Shown: positions 41,044 to 54,161 of the stretch, in pieces
Layout of the letters: each line of letters opens with the position of its first letter
Position numbering within the stretch: the first letter of the stretch is position 1
DNA from: Octopus vulgaris
Lineage: Eukaryota
NCBI GenBank assembly: GCA_951406725.2
Contig: OX597830.1
Coordinates: 44,454,001-44,518,000 of the forward strand
Direction of reading: 5' to 3'
DNA: 64,000 nt
The notes under the pieces: generated by a model
Told to the model about the DNA's origin: nothing
What the model saw: the letters and a program-made list of their open reading frames with translations, nothing else
Database searches by the model: none
Made by a program: the position numbers and the translations under genes

Positions 41044-41131
41044 CAAACTGATCCAAAACTTTATGACAGGAGTATTATAGAACATCATGCATTTTTTGAT
41101 CCCAAAGTTTCCATGAGGCTCGGAACAACAT
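41044..41131 (-). CDS. TRPM-like channel, pre-S1 exon (CCSEPHGNFGIKKCMMFYNTPVIKFWISL)
   Basis: atctag|A...TTG|gtatgt, 88 bp, phase 2->0. Matches TRPM FY.AP..KF. In frame with the S1 exon. Confidence 0.9.
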
Positions 41132-41379
41132 CTAGATTAAAATTAGTATCATTGGTATTACTAATTAATAATAAATTTTAATTATTTTTAAAATTTAAAT
41201 CTTCCAATCATAAAATATACAACTGCAGCATGAAAACCATCTCCAACAGAAAAGCAGGTAACTAAAACCATCCCATTGAGCAAGTCTCTTCACATCACTG
41301 ATGCAACCAAAGCCCATAACCTGAAATCATCCAAGTGCTGCAGTACATTCAAACAATATAGACTATAACACCTGGAAAA

Positions 41380-41750
41380 TCTCCTCTAATTTCACTAATT
41401 GGAGCAGATTATGCCCGTCATAGTAACAAACTATATCAGATTTTAATCTGGATAACTCCAGCAGTACCATATCTACTCTTGTGTGGAGATACACTCTGCC
41501 AGTTAGTCTGTTTGCCATTCTTTCAAGTACAGCACCAAAAATAATGAATAACAACGTTGGAGTGAGTACATAGCCTTGCTTTACACTATGGGTGACTGGA
41601 AAGTGTGATGAACTGTCACTCCCAAGAGAGAATGTGGAAAACATACTATTATGAACCCACTTGAATATCTCCACAAATTTATCTGGACACCCATATCTTT
41701 TGAGAATGGTTTATAAGTTTTGCTCTCTACATGGTTGAAAACCTTTATAA
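41380..41750 (-). mobile_element. RTE RT fragment
   Basis: FPVTHSVKQGYVLTPTLLFI matches GVKQGCVLAPTLF. Confidence 0.7.
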
Positions 41751-41807
41751 ATTTAAGAAATATGACAAAAAGTGAGACCTGTTATTCTATTAACTTTACT
41801 TGAATTA

Positions 41808-41907
41808 NNNNNNNNNNNNNNNNNNNNNNNNNNNNNNNNNNNNNNNNNNNNNNNNNNNNNNNNNNNNNNNNNNNNNNNNNNNNNNNNNNNNNNNNNNNNN
41901 NNNNNNN
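41808..41907. other. Assembly gap (100 N, placeholder size)
   Basis: Run of exactly 100 n. Confidence 0.99.
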
Positions 41908-42199
41908 ATAAATTGGTATTGGGTATCTTATATATTGATTTCCTGTGCAGTTGCGACACACCCTACGCCCAGCTGGCGACACAATAATGTGTCGTGACAC
42001 AGTTGAGCAACACTGGTATAGAAGAACAGAATTGTTTAGATGTTAACTATTAATAATAACCTAACTATAACCAATAAAAGACTGGTTTGCTATTAAAGAG
42101 AGTAAATTAATATGATGTATGTGTAAATTTAACCAGTTATCCTTAATATTTCATTTCCGGTCTATATTTTATGTTTTTATTTCTCTAATAACAACTTAC

Positions 42200-42359
42200 T
42201 TTGCCTTTTGATTTGTAAAATAGTATCTTCTAACTGTTTTTTGAATTCAAGTTCTACCCCAGAAGTGTCGTTGGTACCATCATCAACAAGGATAAAATGT
42301 GTATGATTAGGATCCAAGGCATACTCTCCTCCATTAGAATAGTTTGCAGGCCACAATCC
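42200..42359 (-). CDS. TRPM-like channel, MHR2 exon (GLWPANYSNGGEYALDPNHTHFILVDDGTNDTSGVELEFKKQLEDTILQIKRQ)
   Basis: ttctag|GGA...CAAA|gtaagt, 160 bp, phase 0->1. Contains the diagnostic LDPNHTHFILVDDG motif. Not in the ORF track in this frame; translated by hand. Confidence 0.95.
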
Positions 42360-42422
42360 CTAGAAATTAAATCAAAATATATGTATGTATATGTATATGC
42401 ATATATGTATCTATATATCAAA

Positions 42423-42711
42423 ATATATGTATGTATATGTATATGCATATATGTATCTATATATCTGTGGAATGGTGTATGAATGTATGTGTGTGTATGG
42501 GAGGCGTGATTATGCATCTGTATAGCAATTCATTAGAGTTCCCTCTTTCTAATGTCTGGGAACATCAAAATCTCCCCACCAACACTTTCAGTATAACTCA
42601 ATCTATATTCTGATACTCTCTCTTTTTCTTCCCTTTCTCTTTTTCCACTGTCTTTCTTACTCTCTCTCTCTCTCTCTCTCTCTCTACCCTCTAAAGTATA
42701 CTTTAGAGGGT

Positions 42712-42761
<50 letters not shown>

Positions 42762-42996
42762 AGAAAGACAGTGGAAAAAGAGAAAGGGAAGAAAAAGAGA
42801 GAGTATCAGAATATAGATTGAGTTATACTGAAAGTGTTGGTGGGGGAGATTTTGATGTTCCCAGACATTAGAAAGAGGAACTCTAATGAATTGCTATACA
42901 GATGCATAATCACGCCTCCCATACACACACATACATTCATACACCATTCCACAGATATATAGATACATATATGCATATACATATACATACATATAT
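42423..42996. repeat. Near-perfect spacer-less inverted duplication (palindrome)
   Basis: Centre ctaaagta|tactttag at 42698/42699. Arms differ mainly in homopolymer and (CT)n lengths. ORFs 42431+ and 42806- mirror each other. Confidence 0.95.
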
Positions 42997-44592
42997 GAAT
43001 GCACTCACACACACGCACAAACACATATGTGCCTATAGAACTGGCACTCTGTTGGATACAATAAGAAGTTGATCCGATCGACAGAACAGCATGGTCTTGA
43101 AATTAACGTGCAAGTGGCTGGGCACTCCACAGACACGCACATCCCTAACATTGTTCTCTTGAAGATGAAGCAGAACAACACACAATGTGACAAGGTGTTA
43201 CAAGTACAACTCATTTTTATCAGCTGAGTGGACCGGATCAACGTGAAATAAAGTATCTTGTCCAAGGACACAACGCGCTACTCTGACTCGATCTCACAAC
43301 CTTACGATTGTGAGTCAAATACAAAGCACTTAGCCACTAAGACATGTGCCTTTGCACACACACACACACACAATACCACACATACACACATGCGTATGCA
43401 CTTACATATATACACATGTATAAGTGTATATAAAAAAGTGTGTTGAAAAATAAATGACAAGGTAAAGAGAATACATAATCTCTCCATTGTCTTTCATTTA
43501 ATTTCAAATTCCGCTCTGTATTCGACCAACACTTACCTCTGAAATACAATAGAAATACAATAAGAGGCTTCCAAAGAGGAAAGCCTTGTGCTAAAAAGAG
43601 CAGTAGAACAACTTAAACCACCAAATAAGGATAAATTCTCGAAAGTAATGAAAATTAAAAACGTTTACCATCTCAATTATTTCCCAGACCATGGTTTCTA
43701 ACTATTTCCAGCAAAAAATATTCGTTGAAGGCCAGTTTCATCAGTGGGACAGCCTTTAGATTCCAAATATACACATAGCCAGATCCACATGTAAAACTAA
43801 CTGCCTGTATATCCTAACTTTTCAGACCACTGCACAGACGCAGATTATACCCGGCGACATTATATTTCTATGTGAATAATATATAGTCTAATGACTAATT
43901 CGTTTTTGTGCTAGGCCACTGGTAATAATAATTTCTTATTACCCTATTGATATTTATTATGCTTATTCCTTGATAAATTTGTTCGAAATTTTTACCGGCA
44001 TCCTCTCTGTAAATAGTAAATCTAGACAAACGAATGAATTTTTGAGTTATGTCCATTGCACACAAATTCTAAGCAGAACCAGAAACTAGATCCAATGTCA
44101 AACAAGCGACCAAGATGATTGATAATATTTGAGAAGAGACGGAACACTGCCAAACTGATGTGTTTATTCTTGATAACTAAGGAAACTGAGGCTATGTAGA
44201 ATATGGCATTTTTCCCAGAAACAATGAAATATCTGAAGTAGAATAGAACTCATTCTCTAAGGTCTGGTATTCTAACACCTTATTCACTCAATCATTTTAC
44301 TTTTTCACTTCAAGTAAAATAGAAAAGCAACACACACGCAAAAACCAAAAACCTTGAATATATTATATTAATTCCTTTATCACAAAATGAGCATTGTAAC
44401 ATGAATGGAAATTATAAGGGTATTTTCTTGATTCCTTGATGTAATCTAATGTTTAAATGTTAAAACTTAATAATTAATATTAAACATTCAAACATTAACA
44501 GTAAAATGTTATAAATCAATATTTAATGTTAATATGGAGAAAAGATTAGATAAAAAGTTAAAAAAAAGAAAATAACTGAAACAAAAATTTAC

Positions 44593-44756
44593 CTCCTTAT
44601 TCACTAGGGATTCTTTGTTTTGTACACAGTTCCACCGTGCAATACCAATGGTTTTCACTTTTTTCATGTCACCCACTTTATTTTCATTATCAGATATAGC
44701 TTCCCCAATATATTTCACAACTCCACTATGTAAACCTTCACTTATGATCCAGGCAT
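44593..44756 (-). CDS. TRPM-like channel, MHR1/2 exon (DAWIISEGLHSGVVKYIGEA...TIGIARWNCVQNKESLVNKE)
   Basis: ttgcag|AT...GAG|gtaaat, 164 bp, phase 1->0. Matches AWIITGG...GV.K.VG.A and IGIA.W. Confidence 0.93.
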
Positions 44757-46444
44757 CTGCAAAACAAGAGATCAATAATTATATTCAAACATTGATTTCT
44801 TATTCTAAAACTACAGTATGTTTTTGGACAAAATACCCAATGGCATTTTGTTATATTCCGTCACATTCAGGCTTCACACAAAAAGGCTGAATTTTCTCTT
44901 TGTCCGTGTAAGCTTGATGAAATATGCACCAGTCATTAACTGGGGTTAATCTAATCTTTGATATATTCCTCATTATGGAAGTAAGGATATGATATACTGA
45001 ATCAATCTAGAACTCAATTATCGATTTTCTAATCAGTCCTTGACAAAACATGTAAAACAAAAATACAACCCAAGCAGAATTTGAACTCATAACTGAAAGA
45101 AACAAAAACCTAAATACAACAATATGCTTATTCAGCCTTTTTCAGATATAGTCATCAGCACCCAGCATATTTTATTCTATATTGATAACTGGAGATAAGA
45201 TGAGATGGTCATTGCTGGAATGATTTTGAACATAGGTCTGTTGAATTAAGCTTGGCCTCGGTTTCAACAGCAACAAACAGCTAAGCTAGAAAACCTTTAT
45301 AACAAGTCAAAATGAATTATTATTACAAAGAAGAGATAAATCCTTTGGAATTACAAATAAAATAGATTCAGCTGCTAGTATTTTTGTAGATAAATCCTAT
45401 GCAAGTATGGAATAAGATATACCTCAGCATGGATCTGAGAATACTGAGAGAATTCCCTTCCCAGCCGTGTTAGTTGAGGAGAGGTAGCCCTGAGGAGGAA
45501 GGACTCAAGCAAGAAGGATGTAGCCAATAACTTTAAGTACTCACAGAGTGATTGATGCTAGTGACAGATAGTGTATTAGGAATACTCAGATTTGTGCAAT
45601 TCTTGAGGGATCGATCCTAAACATCCTCTGCCTCATACATCATAGAGAGTGTAAGGTATAGATCCGAATTTTTATTTCAGTCAGAGAAGGAACAGAGTGA
45701 CATACCAAGCTGAGTGATGGATGAGGTCTGCCAATCTCAATCACAAATCTTTGGTTATCCCATAGGTATAATCAAAGACAGGTACCCAAGGTGTTACAAA
45801 TTGGGACGGAACCGGAAAATGCATAATTGCAAAATGAAATCAATAAACTCATAACCATATTATTCCAGGATACTGATAAATTTGATTGGGTTTGATTATT
45901 GTTACTTGGAAATTGTGTTGTTCAATAATCAAAAGAAATGGTCATCTATTGAAACCCTTTTACATTGTGTGCTTGGTCGGTCGAGAATCTCCCCTTTTGT
46001 CCCTTCTATATTATTTTACTATAGAAATCATTGCTGTGGAACTTAGAAATGCTGGATTTGGGACACATATATTTCCAACTTGACATCTATCACATGGATT
46101 ACCTGGATGTGCCATCATGAACTCAGGAAAATAATAACTGATTATGCAGATCATTTCTAACTTGTATCTCTAAAATGTCTGCGATCATTTCGTTTGAATT
46201 TACTGTTTGAGAAACTTCATTCTTTGAATGATATATGTTTTCATAGAATTCATTTATTCTTTCTAATATTTGTACAACTTCTGTCAGCTGTTTTCCATCG
46301 TTATAATTTAGGCTAATGATTGTGTTGCGTCCCATACTCAACTTTTGTTTACTTTTTTAAACATTTTTGGTTTCAATTATTTCTTTAGTTGTCTCCATAT
46401 TTTACGTTCTTTTGTTTTCTCTAATTATTTTCTTTACTATACAG

Positions 46445-47185
46445 AACGCATCCCTTTCCCTTCCCCCTCCATCCCTACCTAGTGTCTATCTTCTACTGAA
46501 TGAAGTGATTATATAGCGAATAAAATGACAGTTAGTGAATGCAGGTTGAAGACGATTGTATGTTTACGAGATCTTTCAAATGCTTCCTTTTCAGATGCAA
46601 AATGCTACTGTCCCCCATCCCAGGGTCTCGCTGTCCCACACCTTTCACACCTTCAGAGTTGGCACACTTAATGTTGGTACATTCAAAGGTAGGTCTGGTG
46701 AAATTGTTGAGATGCTTGAACGGAGACGTGTTGATTTGTGCTGTATCCAAGAAGTAAGGTGAAGAGGAAGTTCTGTTAGGTTCCTCACAGGCAAAGAACA
46801 CAAGTATAAGATTTTCTGAGTAGCAAACGCTGATGGGGTTGACTGTACTCCTTACAGAGAAATGGGTTGATAAGGTAATCGAGGTAGTCAAAGTCTGTGA
46901 TAGAATACTTAAGCTTAGACTAGTTCTGCAACGTGGATTAGCAACCATTATCTTGGCATATGCTCCTCAGCCAGGGCTACCTGATGAACAGAAAGACCGA
47001 TTTTATGACACCCTCTTATAGACTATCTTGTTGATGAATGACATGAACCTTCTCTTTGTTGTTGGTGACTTCAACAATCATATTGGACAACATCCAGGGG
47101 GATTCCATGGTGTAGATGGTGGCTATGGATTTGGTTCCCGCAATGAGGAGGAAACCAAGCTGCTGAGGTTGTGTGATGCAACAGA
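46445..47185 (+). mobile_element. RTE LINE 5' part (APE endonuclease)
   Basis: FRVGTLNVGTFKGRSGEIVEMLERRRVDLCCIQEVR, AYAPQPG, VGDFNNHIG and GFGSRNEE. Confidence 0.88.
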
Positions 47186-47189
47186 AGAT

Positions 47190-48915
47190 AGTTCAAGGAT
47201 GGGCCTTTCTTCCCACATTTGCAACCCATCTTAACTTTCCTAAGTGTCATTGTTATGAGTATTTGTGCAATTACAAAAACTAACGGTGAGAACGAGTCAC
47301 CTTGGAAGATTCTCTTTTTAATATTAACTTCTCCAAGGAATACATTACTTGAGTACAATTTGGTTTACCAATATTTTATGCTATGCATAAAGAAATTTGT
47401 GATGTTGTCAGCAATACTAAACACCTGCAGGCATTCAATGGTCCAAAAATGAGGTACCATATCATATGCCTTCCTGAAGTCAATCTAAGCCATATACATG
47501 TTTGTATATTGCTTTTTACAATACTTCAAAACTGTTTTATCTATGATTAGGTGATCCTTGCTACCCTGAGAACTCTTCCTACCTCCTTTTTGTTCCTTTG
47601 GTTGTATTTCTTTCTGCGTCAGGAAAGTGTATGTCTTTGCCACACATATTCCAGTATCTTCCAAATTATCCTTAGGCATACTATGGGACGGTAGTTTCCC
47701 ACAATATTCCCCTTCTATCTTTTATTATAAGTGTTGTCCTCCCAGTCACCATCCACACAGGGACTGTACCTTTCTGGACACACTCATTCAATTGGTCTGC
47801 TAGTCTTTCATGCACCGCGTGGCATCTCTTCAACCAGAAGCCATGAATCCTATCTGGTCCGGAGGCTTTCCAGTTAGGCACTTTACCCACTTTGTGCTTA
47901 TGACAATATTCCTTTGTTTCTTTCTTCCTTGTAATTCTGCCTTGATATTTCCTATCCATATTGTATCCCCTTTATGCACCACATCATTTCCCCATAATCC
48001 GCTCCAGAACTCCTTGGCTTGATTTGCATCAGGAGCAACATTTTCACCATTGTCTCCTTCTGACATTCGGAAGAATTGCTTCTAATTATTTTTGAACAAT
48101 ATGTTCCCCTCTAACTGCTTATTCCTGTTCATTGCTTATTATAACGGCTTATTCCTTATTTCTGATCTTTTGGATTTTTGCCATAATCCTCTGTTTTAAC
48201 TGCTCTGTTACTGCATCAAACCCGTTCTTCCATATTTTATATTTCTTCTCTAATTTTTCTCGGTCTTTCTTTTTCCCATTTTTTTAGTTTCCTCTTAACC
48301 ATTGCTCAATTTTCCCTAGATCTTGCCTTGCCCACATTATGTCCCTTTCAATGCGTCGTTTCCACTATGGTTCTTTTGCGTTACCATTTTTTGCTTAAGA
48401 AAGCTGTAATTTCTCCTCAACAAGTAGTGCAATAGCTCGGAGAAGATTCCTTGTTTGTGTTATGTCCTCCATCTGGATGGATGGTATGACAGTATTTATC
48501 TTTTGTGTTACTTTATTTATCATACTCCTATCTACCCTTCTCATATTCATTGGGATTTTTTTTCTGGAGCATTCATCAACTCGGTGAGACGTCTTTGAAT
48601 TTCAAGCAATTCATTATCTAATTGGATCATTTCCCTTGCATGTCCACCCACCAGAGTATCAGAGTTCACTGCATAATGTTCCTGTTTCTCATCTTTAACA
48701 GCCCCATCACTATTCCCCTCTTCTTCCTGTCTACTCTTCTCCCTGCTTTCATCTCCTACCTCTCTATTTTCAACTGCAGCCAACGTTTGTAGCTCATTCG
48801 CAGGGTCTCTCAGACTCTCACTAATCTGAGATATTTCTACTCCAGATAAGTAAGCTTTCCTCCTAATAACTCTCACATGGTTCATTAGTTTATTATTATT
48901 ATTATTATTATTATT
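47190..48915 (-). mobile_element. R4/Dong-clade LINE, N-terminus and RT remnant
   Basis: PNWKASGPDRIHGFWLK, GSKDHLIIDK and IFQGDSFSPLVF. Bounded by (TTA)n at 48889-48916. Confidence 0.85.
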
Positions 48916-48919
48916 ATAT

Positions 48920-49757
48920 GAAAGGCATGTTTGTTACAATCACTCGCCGAGACACGATGAGTGAAGCATTTGAGATTTTACAGAATGACTGAAAGCTTGG
49001 GGTGGGGAAGTGGCAGGGACAGTAGCGAAATATCTTCACGTAATACAACACAGACATTTAAATTGATAGGGTTTTTCTAAGGATGTGGGCAGCACTTGTC
49101 AGCACAATCGCTGAGACATTGTTCTTCTGGGACATTATCTAAATGTTTCTGACGTCTCTTTCCTATCATTCTTAGGGCACCTACAATAACAAGAACAGTC
49201 CTTGATTTAAGATGCCACATCTTTTTCATTTCAATTTCCAGATACTTACATTAACTTAATTTGTCAAATTCCTTTGCAGATATATTTTTATCAGTGAGAA
49301 CACTTAAATCTATTAGACTACAAGTATTGTCTTCCTTGTCTTTATTAACTATGTCTGGTCGATTATACTGAATCGTTCTGTCGGTATTGACTGGAAAATC
49401 ACAGTAGATAGTAACATTTTTACCTTCAACAACTGGCTTGTTATTATTATTTTTTTCCCCCTTTTTTCTTCAAATTTTCTTCCGTTTTTCGTCGAGTGTT
49501 TTCCGTACACCTAGGGCAGAGAAGATCATTGTATGCCTTCTCAGATTACACACGCAAATTCACAGGTAAAATATGTATTTAAAAATTAATGAATTAATAA
49601 ATTCATGAATGGATGTTGTTTTCACAGCGATAATGCTCTTCTCAGTACATGAGCTGTTCCAGTTAATACGATTTTTTGCACTTCCTGTAGGGATGGTAAG
49701 CCTGGTGTCATTTTCAAATAGGTTTCAGTACCTTTTTTAATCATTCCTAGAGATCCT
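48920..49757 (-). mobile_element. Two short R4/Dong 3' (RLE) fragments
   Basis: Hand translation gives NRPDIVNKDKEDNTCSLIDLSV (49300-49370) and LGMIKKGTETYLKMTPGLPSLQEVQKIVLTGTAHVLRRAL (49630-49750). The two are separated by TTA repeats. Confidence 0.72.
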
Positions 49758-51995
49758 TATTATTATTATTATTATTATTGCCTTTGCACAGCTTCTAACA
49801 CTGGAGATGTACTACAGTGTCAGCTGTTCACTACCAGTGAACTAACGTAACACCTCGTATTTTTCGAGCACCTTCAGGAATAGTCGAGCGGTTCCAAGCT
49901 GTGCTGTTTTCTGCAAATGCTCCACCCTTATTGCAGCCCCTATTATTTCCATGTACTTCTCAAGATTTTGGCTCACTGTTCCCAGGGCTACAACAATTAT
50001 TGGTACTACTACCACCTTTTTCATTGACCACAACTGCTTAACCTCCCTCCTAATTTCTACTGCCCCTAAATTTCTTCTGTATGCTGTCAGGTCCCTCCTC
50101 CAATTCACCATACTTTTTCCAAGCGATCGCTTAACATTCGATGCAATACCACTATAGGTTCATACATTCCATAATCCAAGAATGTGGGATCATGTCGTAT
50201 GCCTTACGATAGTCGATCCATGACATGGCTAAGTTACTTTTCCTTCTCTTGTAGTCTCTAAGTACAGTTTTGTCTATCAGGAGTTGATCCTTGGTACTTC
50301 TGCACTTACGCTTGCAACCCTTCTGCTCATGTAGCAGGACTCCATTTTTTCTAGGTGATCATACATTGACTCTGCAAGTATTCCAGTCAATAACTTCCAC
50401 ATAAGTGTCAAGCAGGATATCGACCTGTAATTGTCTACTGTATTGCCTGTTTCGATGTTTTTCAGGCACAGCACTGTCCTACCCAATGTCAACCACCCTG
50501 GTGTTACTTGGTCAGCATTTAGCAAGGTGTTGAGTTGTGCAGCTATTCGTGCATGACATTCACCAAATCTTTTGATCCAGTAGCCTTGAACTCCATCTGG
50601 TCCCGGGCCTTCCAGCTGCTCATTTTTTTTTTGCTGATTTCCTTCACTTCCCTAACTGAAATGACTAGTTCTTCCTGTTTTGGACAGACTATTGTTTGTT
50701 TCAGTTCTTACAACCGTTCAGCATCCTTCTTGTGTTCCTTGTCTTTGCTCCAGATGTCACTCCAAAATCTTTGACTTTCAATGTTATTTGGTATCAACAT
50801 TTCATTTGTACACTCTCCATTTATTTCTTTGTAGAATCTCATCTGATCTACTCTGAATAGCCTATTCTGCTGGTAACCCTTCATTCTTTGGTCGTATCTT
50901 ACCGTCTTTAGTTTCTTTGCAACAAGGCGCTGTTTGAGTTCCTCTGTTACTCCTTTCAGACCCTTCCTTTCAATATTATACTTCCTTTTTAGCGCCCTGT
51001 ATTTTTGTTTGCTTTTAAGATTCCCTTTCTCTTTTCGGTCTAACACAGAGATTTCCTTCGAGAGCATGTCTAACCCTGCTTGGATTCTTCTTTTCCACCA
51101 TGGATCTTTTCTTTTGTCACTCCCATTATATTTCTTTTTCTTCATATCAACACCCACATTTTCTGCTACAACAATACTTGCTGCCTTTTATCAAATTATT
51201 TGTTTCTGTGACATTGTTTTTCTGATGTATTTCAGAATTTCATTGATATTTTTCGTTTCTTGGTTCAATTTCAATCGATCAACCTTTTTAAGGTTACAAA
51301 TAATGTCGCTATCGTTCTCCTGCAGTCTTGCATTTATTCTGTTGTAGATTGCCTTTTTTCATCTGTCATGTTGCCATTAGTTTTATTGTCTTCTTTTTGA
51401 TCATCTATATGTCACTCATCAAGTAAACTTCCACTGCTCCTTTCCTGTGATATGAGATTACTTTTATTAGTAAGAACTGTATTTTCATTGTTATCTCTGC
51501 TGTTATTTTCCATGACCCATCTTTTGATAGCTTCGAGCTCTACTTCTGTGAACCAACGATTTTTCCTTATTGCATTAGCTTGATCACATAATCTCTATTC
51601 CGTGAGTTGAAACAATTCCTTTTCTCTCCAATGATAATACCTACGTTGTTGGTAATTCCCTAATTTGAGAACCATATTCATCTACCGGGCTGCTAAGATA
51701 GTAACACTCCATGACCACAGCATTAATTTGCATGCTCCATCTACGCCGTGTGTGGTGGTCCCTTTCTGGATATCGACAGGCTGGAGCCAGACCAGAATCT
51801 CTAAGCCCGCCAGGTGTACCACTGTCACCATCAATGGCTTCAGTTTCATTACCACCATTATTCACAATATTTTGTTTTTTCATTGTCGCTCATTTGCAGT
51901 AGTGATTATCAGTGTTTTTATTGTGACACCATCACTAGATGCATCATTAATCAGCCCGTGAGGAGGCTCCACCCATTTCCTTTCATTATTATTAT
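49757..51995 (-). mobile_element. Internally deleted R4/Dong element, same family as 3523-4740
   Basis: Shares the 3' end gcctttgcacagcttctaa..ctgga.atgtactacagtgtcag. N-terminal PWWKRRI and [10 protein letters not shown] join directly to the RLE end near 50045. Confidence 0.88.
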
Positions 51996-51999
51996 TATT

Positions 52000-52490
52000 G
52001 AGTGAGAGAGCAGTTCATGCCATCAAAGTGACACTGGGGTAAAATATACGAAGCCCAATATACCCATCATGACTACCCGTCTGATAAAGGTACACCAGGC
52101 ACATGCATCACAACCATATGTGCGCGACATGGTGATCTCATATCAAGATAAACAGCACATGACCTTGCAGGTGGGGCCCAGTTAGAATTTTCTTCAGGTT
52201 GAGTAGCCCATCCCGCTCAAACGGTCCCTGAATAAGGGTTGTTTAAGGATGTTGAAAGAACCACCCATGTTTCCAGAGGTGAACTATTCAAACCTCAAAC
52301 AATCCCTCTCAACACATGGCTATGATGCTCCCCCACTACTTCTGCTCGTGATCAGAGATGCACATATCGTCAGCCACTAAGAGACATGCTCAACTGGTTA
52401 AGGTCAAACAACTGACAAGCAAATCTGTGGTATTGAGCAGAATATTTGCTGTAGCCCATCTTTTATACCAAGACAAAACAATGTACATGA
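52000..52490. repeat. ~500-bp (TTA)n-associated repeat abutting the Dong 5' end
   Basis: Same family as 11800-12320. Confidence 0.85.
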
Positions 52491-52492
52491 TA

Positions 52493-52524
<32 letters not shown>

Positions 52525-54058
52525 CATCATCATCATCACTGATATCACAGTTATTATTGTTTTTATGTGTAGTAGCAGCAGTGGTTGCAGCAACAGCAGC
52601 AGGGGTGGGGTAGTGGTAAGTTTGGTAGTTGGGTTTCAGATTCCTGTGCTATCATAATAGTAGTAGTTGTAGTATCATTGTAGTGTTAGTAGTATTTAGT
52701 ATCAACATCAACAGCACTACCATTGTTATTCTCATTATTACTATTTCCATTTATTATTAAAAGATTTTACTAAACGTTCTTTATTTTCAACTTTTGTCTT
52801 GTACTTGATATAATCATAAATATATCATTGTTGGAGGAAATAATAGGGTAGCATTTTAGTGAATAGATCATATTCTACAGGTGTATAAATAGATTTGGCA
52901 GATGGTGTGGAGGATAGGTATTCACACAGTAGTTGTAGATATTAAAGTCTTTTTTTAAAGCTGATCGTTTGTGTGTTCGAAAGCTGTAGGTAAGTTTCCT
53001 AGCTTATTTTATTTTGAGGAAGATTTAAAATATTCACAGGAAATTGTAGATATTCCAGTCTTTGGGAATAGTAGGAGGAAGAGATGTTCACCTTGTTGGA
53101 TTTTTGAATTTCCGAATTTATTTTTCTTTTTCTTTTGGAATTTTTCTTTTCTTTTAAAAAGTTTTGCTGTGGTTTACAGTTTTTGTAGTTGTGCAGTATG
53201 TATATATTGGCAGGTGCTTACTTACTTAATTTTTTATCTTGCATTTAATTGTGTTGTTACAGTAAAAGGCATGTTTACATATTCTGTTAGTCAGGGAAGA
53301 AGGAAAGACAAAATGTTCGCACAAAACTGGAGATATTAACGTTTCTAAATTTTCTGAGGTGTTCGTTTGTATGTCCGTTCAGAGAAAACTGTAGTGTTTT
53401 TTTTCTTCATTAAAAGTATGGTTACATTTTTGAATATTCAGGGAAAAAGGAACGGAAAGAAAAGGAAGGTAAAACTTTTTCACAGAAAATTAAAGATTTG
53501 AAATTTAAAAAATTTACTGGAGATGATCTTTTGTCTGTCCGAACAGAGAAAACTGTAGTGTTCTTGGAATAAAGAGGATGTTTACATTTTCGAATACTCA
53601 GGAGGAAATGGTAGGTATTCACAGAAGTTGTAGATATTAAAGGTTTTAAAGCTGATTGCTTATGTATTCGAAAGCTTTAGATATGTAAGTCCCTTAACTT
53701 ATTTTCAGGGAAATTCAAAATACTCGCATGAAACTTTAGATATTCCAGTCTTTTAGAGTTATTTTTCAGTTGTCCTGCTGGGTTGTATTAGTCTTTCTGT
53801 GTCTTCAGCTGCTGACAGCTCAGTGCAGCGAAGAATACGTCCAGCCGCTTCATCATCATCATCATTATTATTGAGTGAGAGAGCAGTGCATGCCATCAAA
53901 GTGACACTGAGGTAAAATATACGAAGCCAGTATACCCATCATGACTACTCGTCTGATAAGATACACCAGACACATGCATCACAACCGTATGTCCGTGACA
54001 TGGTGATCTCATATCAAGATAAACAATGCATGATCTTGCAGGTGGGGGCCCGGTTAGA

Positions 54059-54106
<48 letters not shown>

Positions 54107-54161
54107 GTTATTATTAGTAGTAGTAGTAGTATTCACAATAAGTGTGCTAAAACCTTTTTAC

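Noticed and set aside
41910-42016. Possible hAT/Charlie terminal repeat (gttgagcaacactg)
   Set aside because: Only one imperfect end is visible; any partner would fall in the gap.
43669-43867. AG...GT-bounded exon-like stretch between MHR exons
   Set aside because: It has stops in all three frames and no TRPM similarity, and the flanking exons already join in phase.
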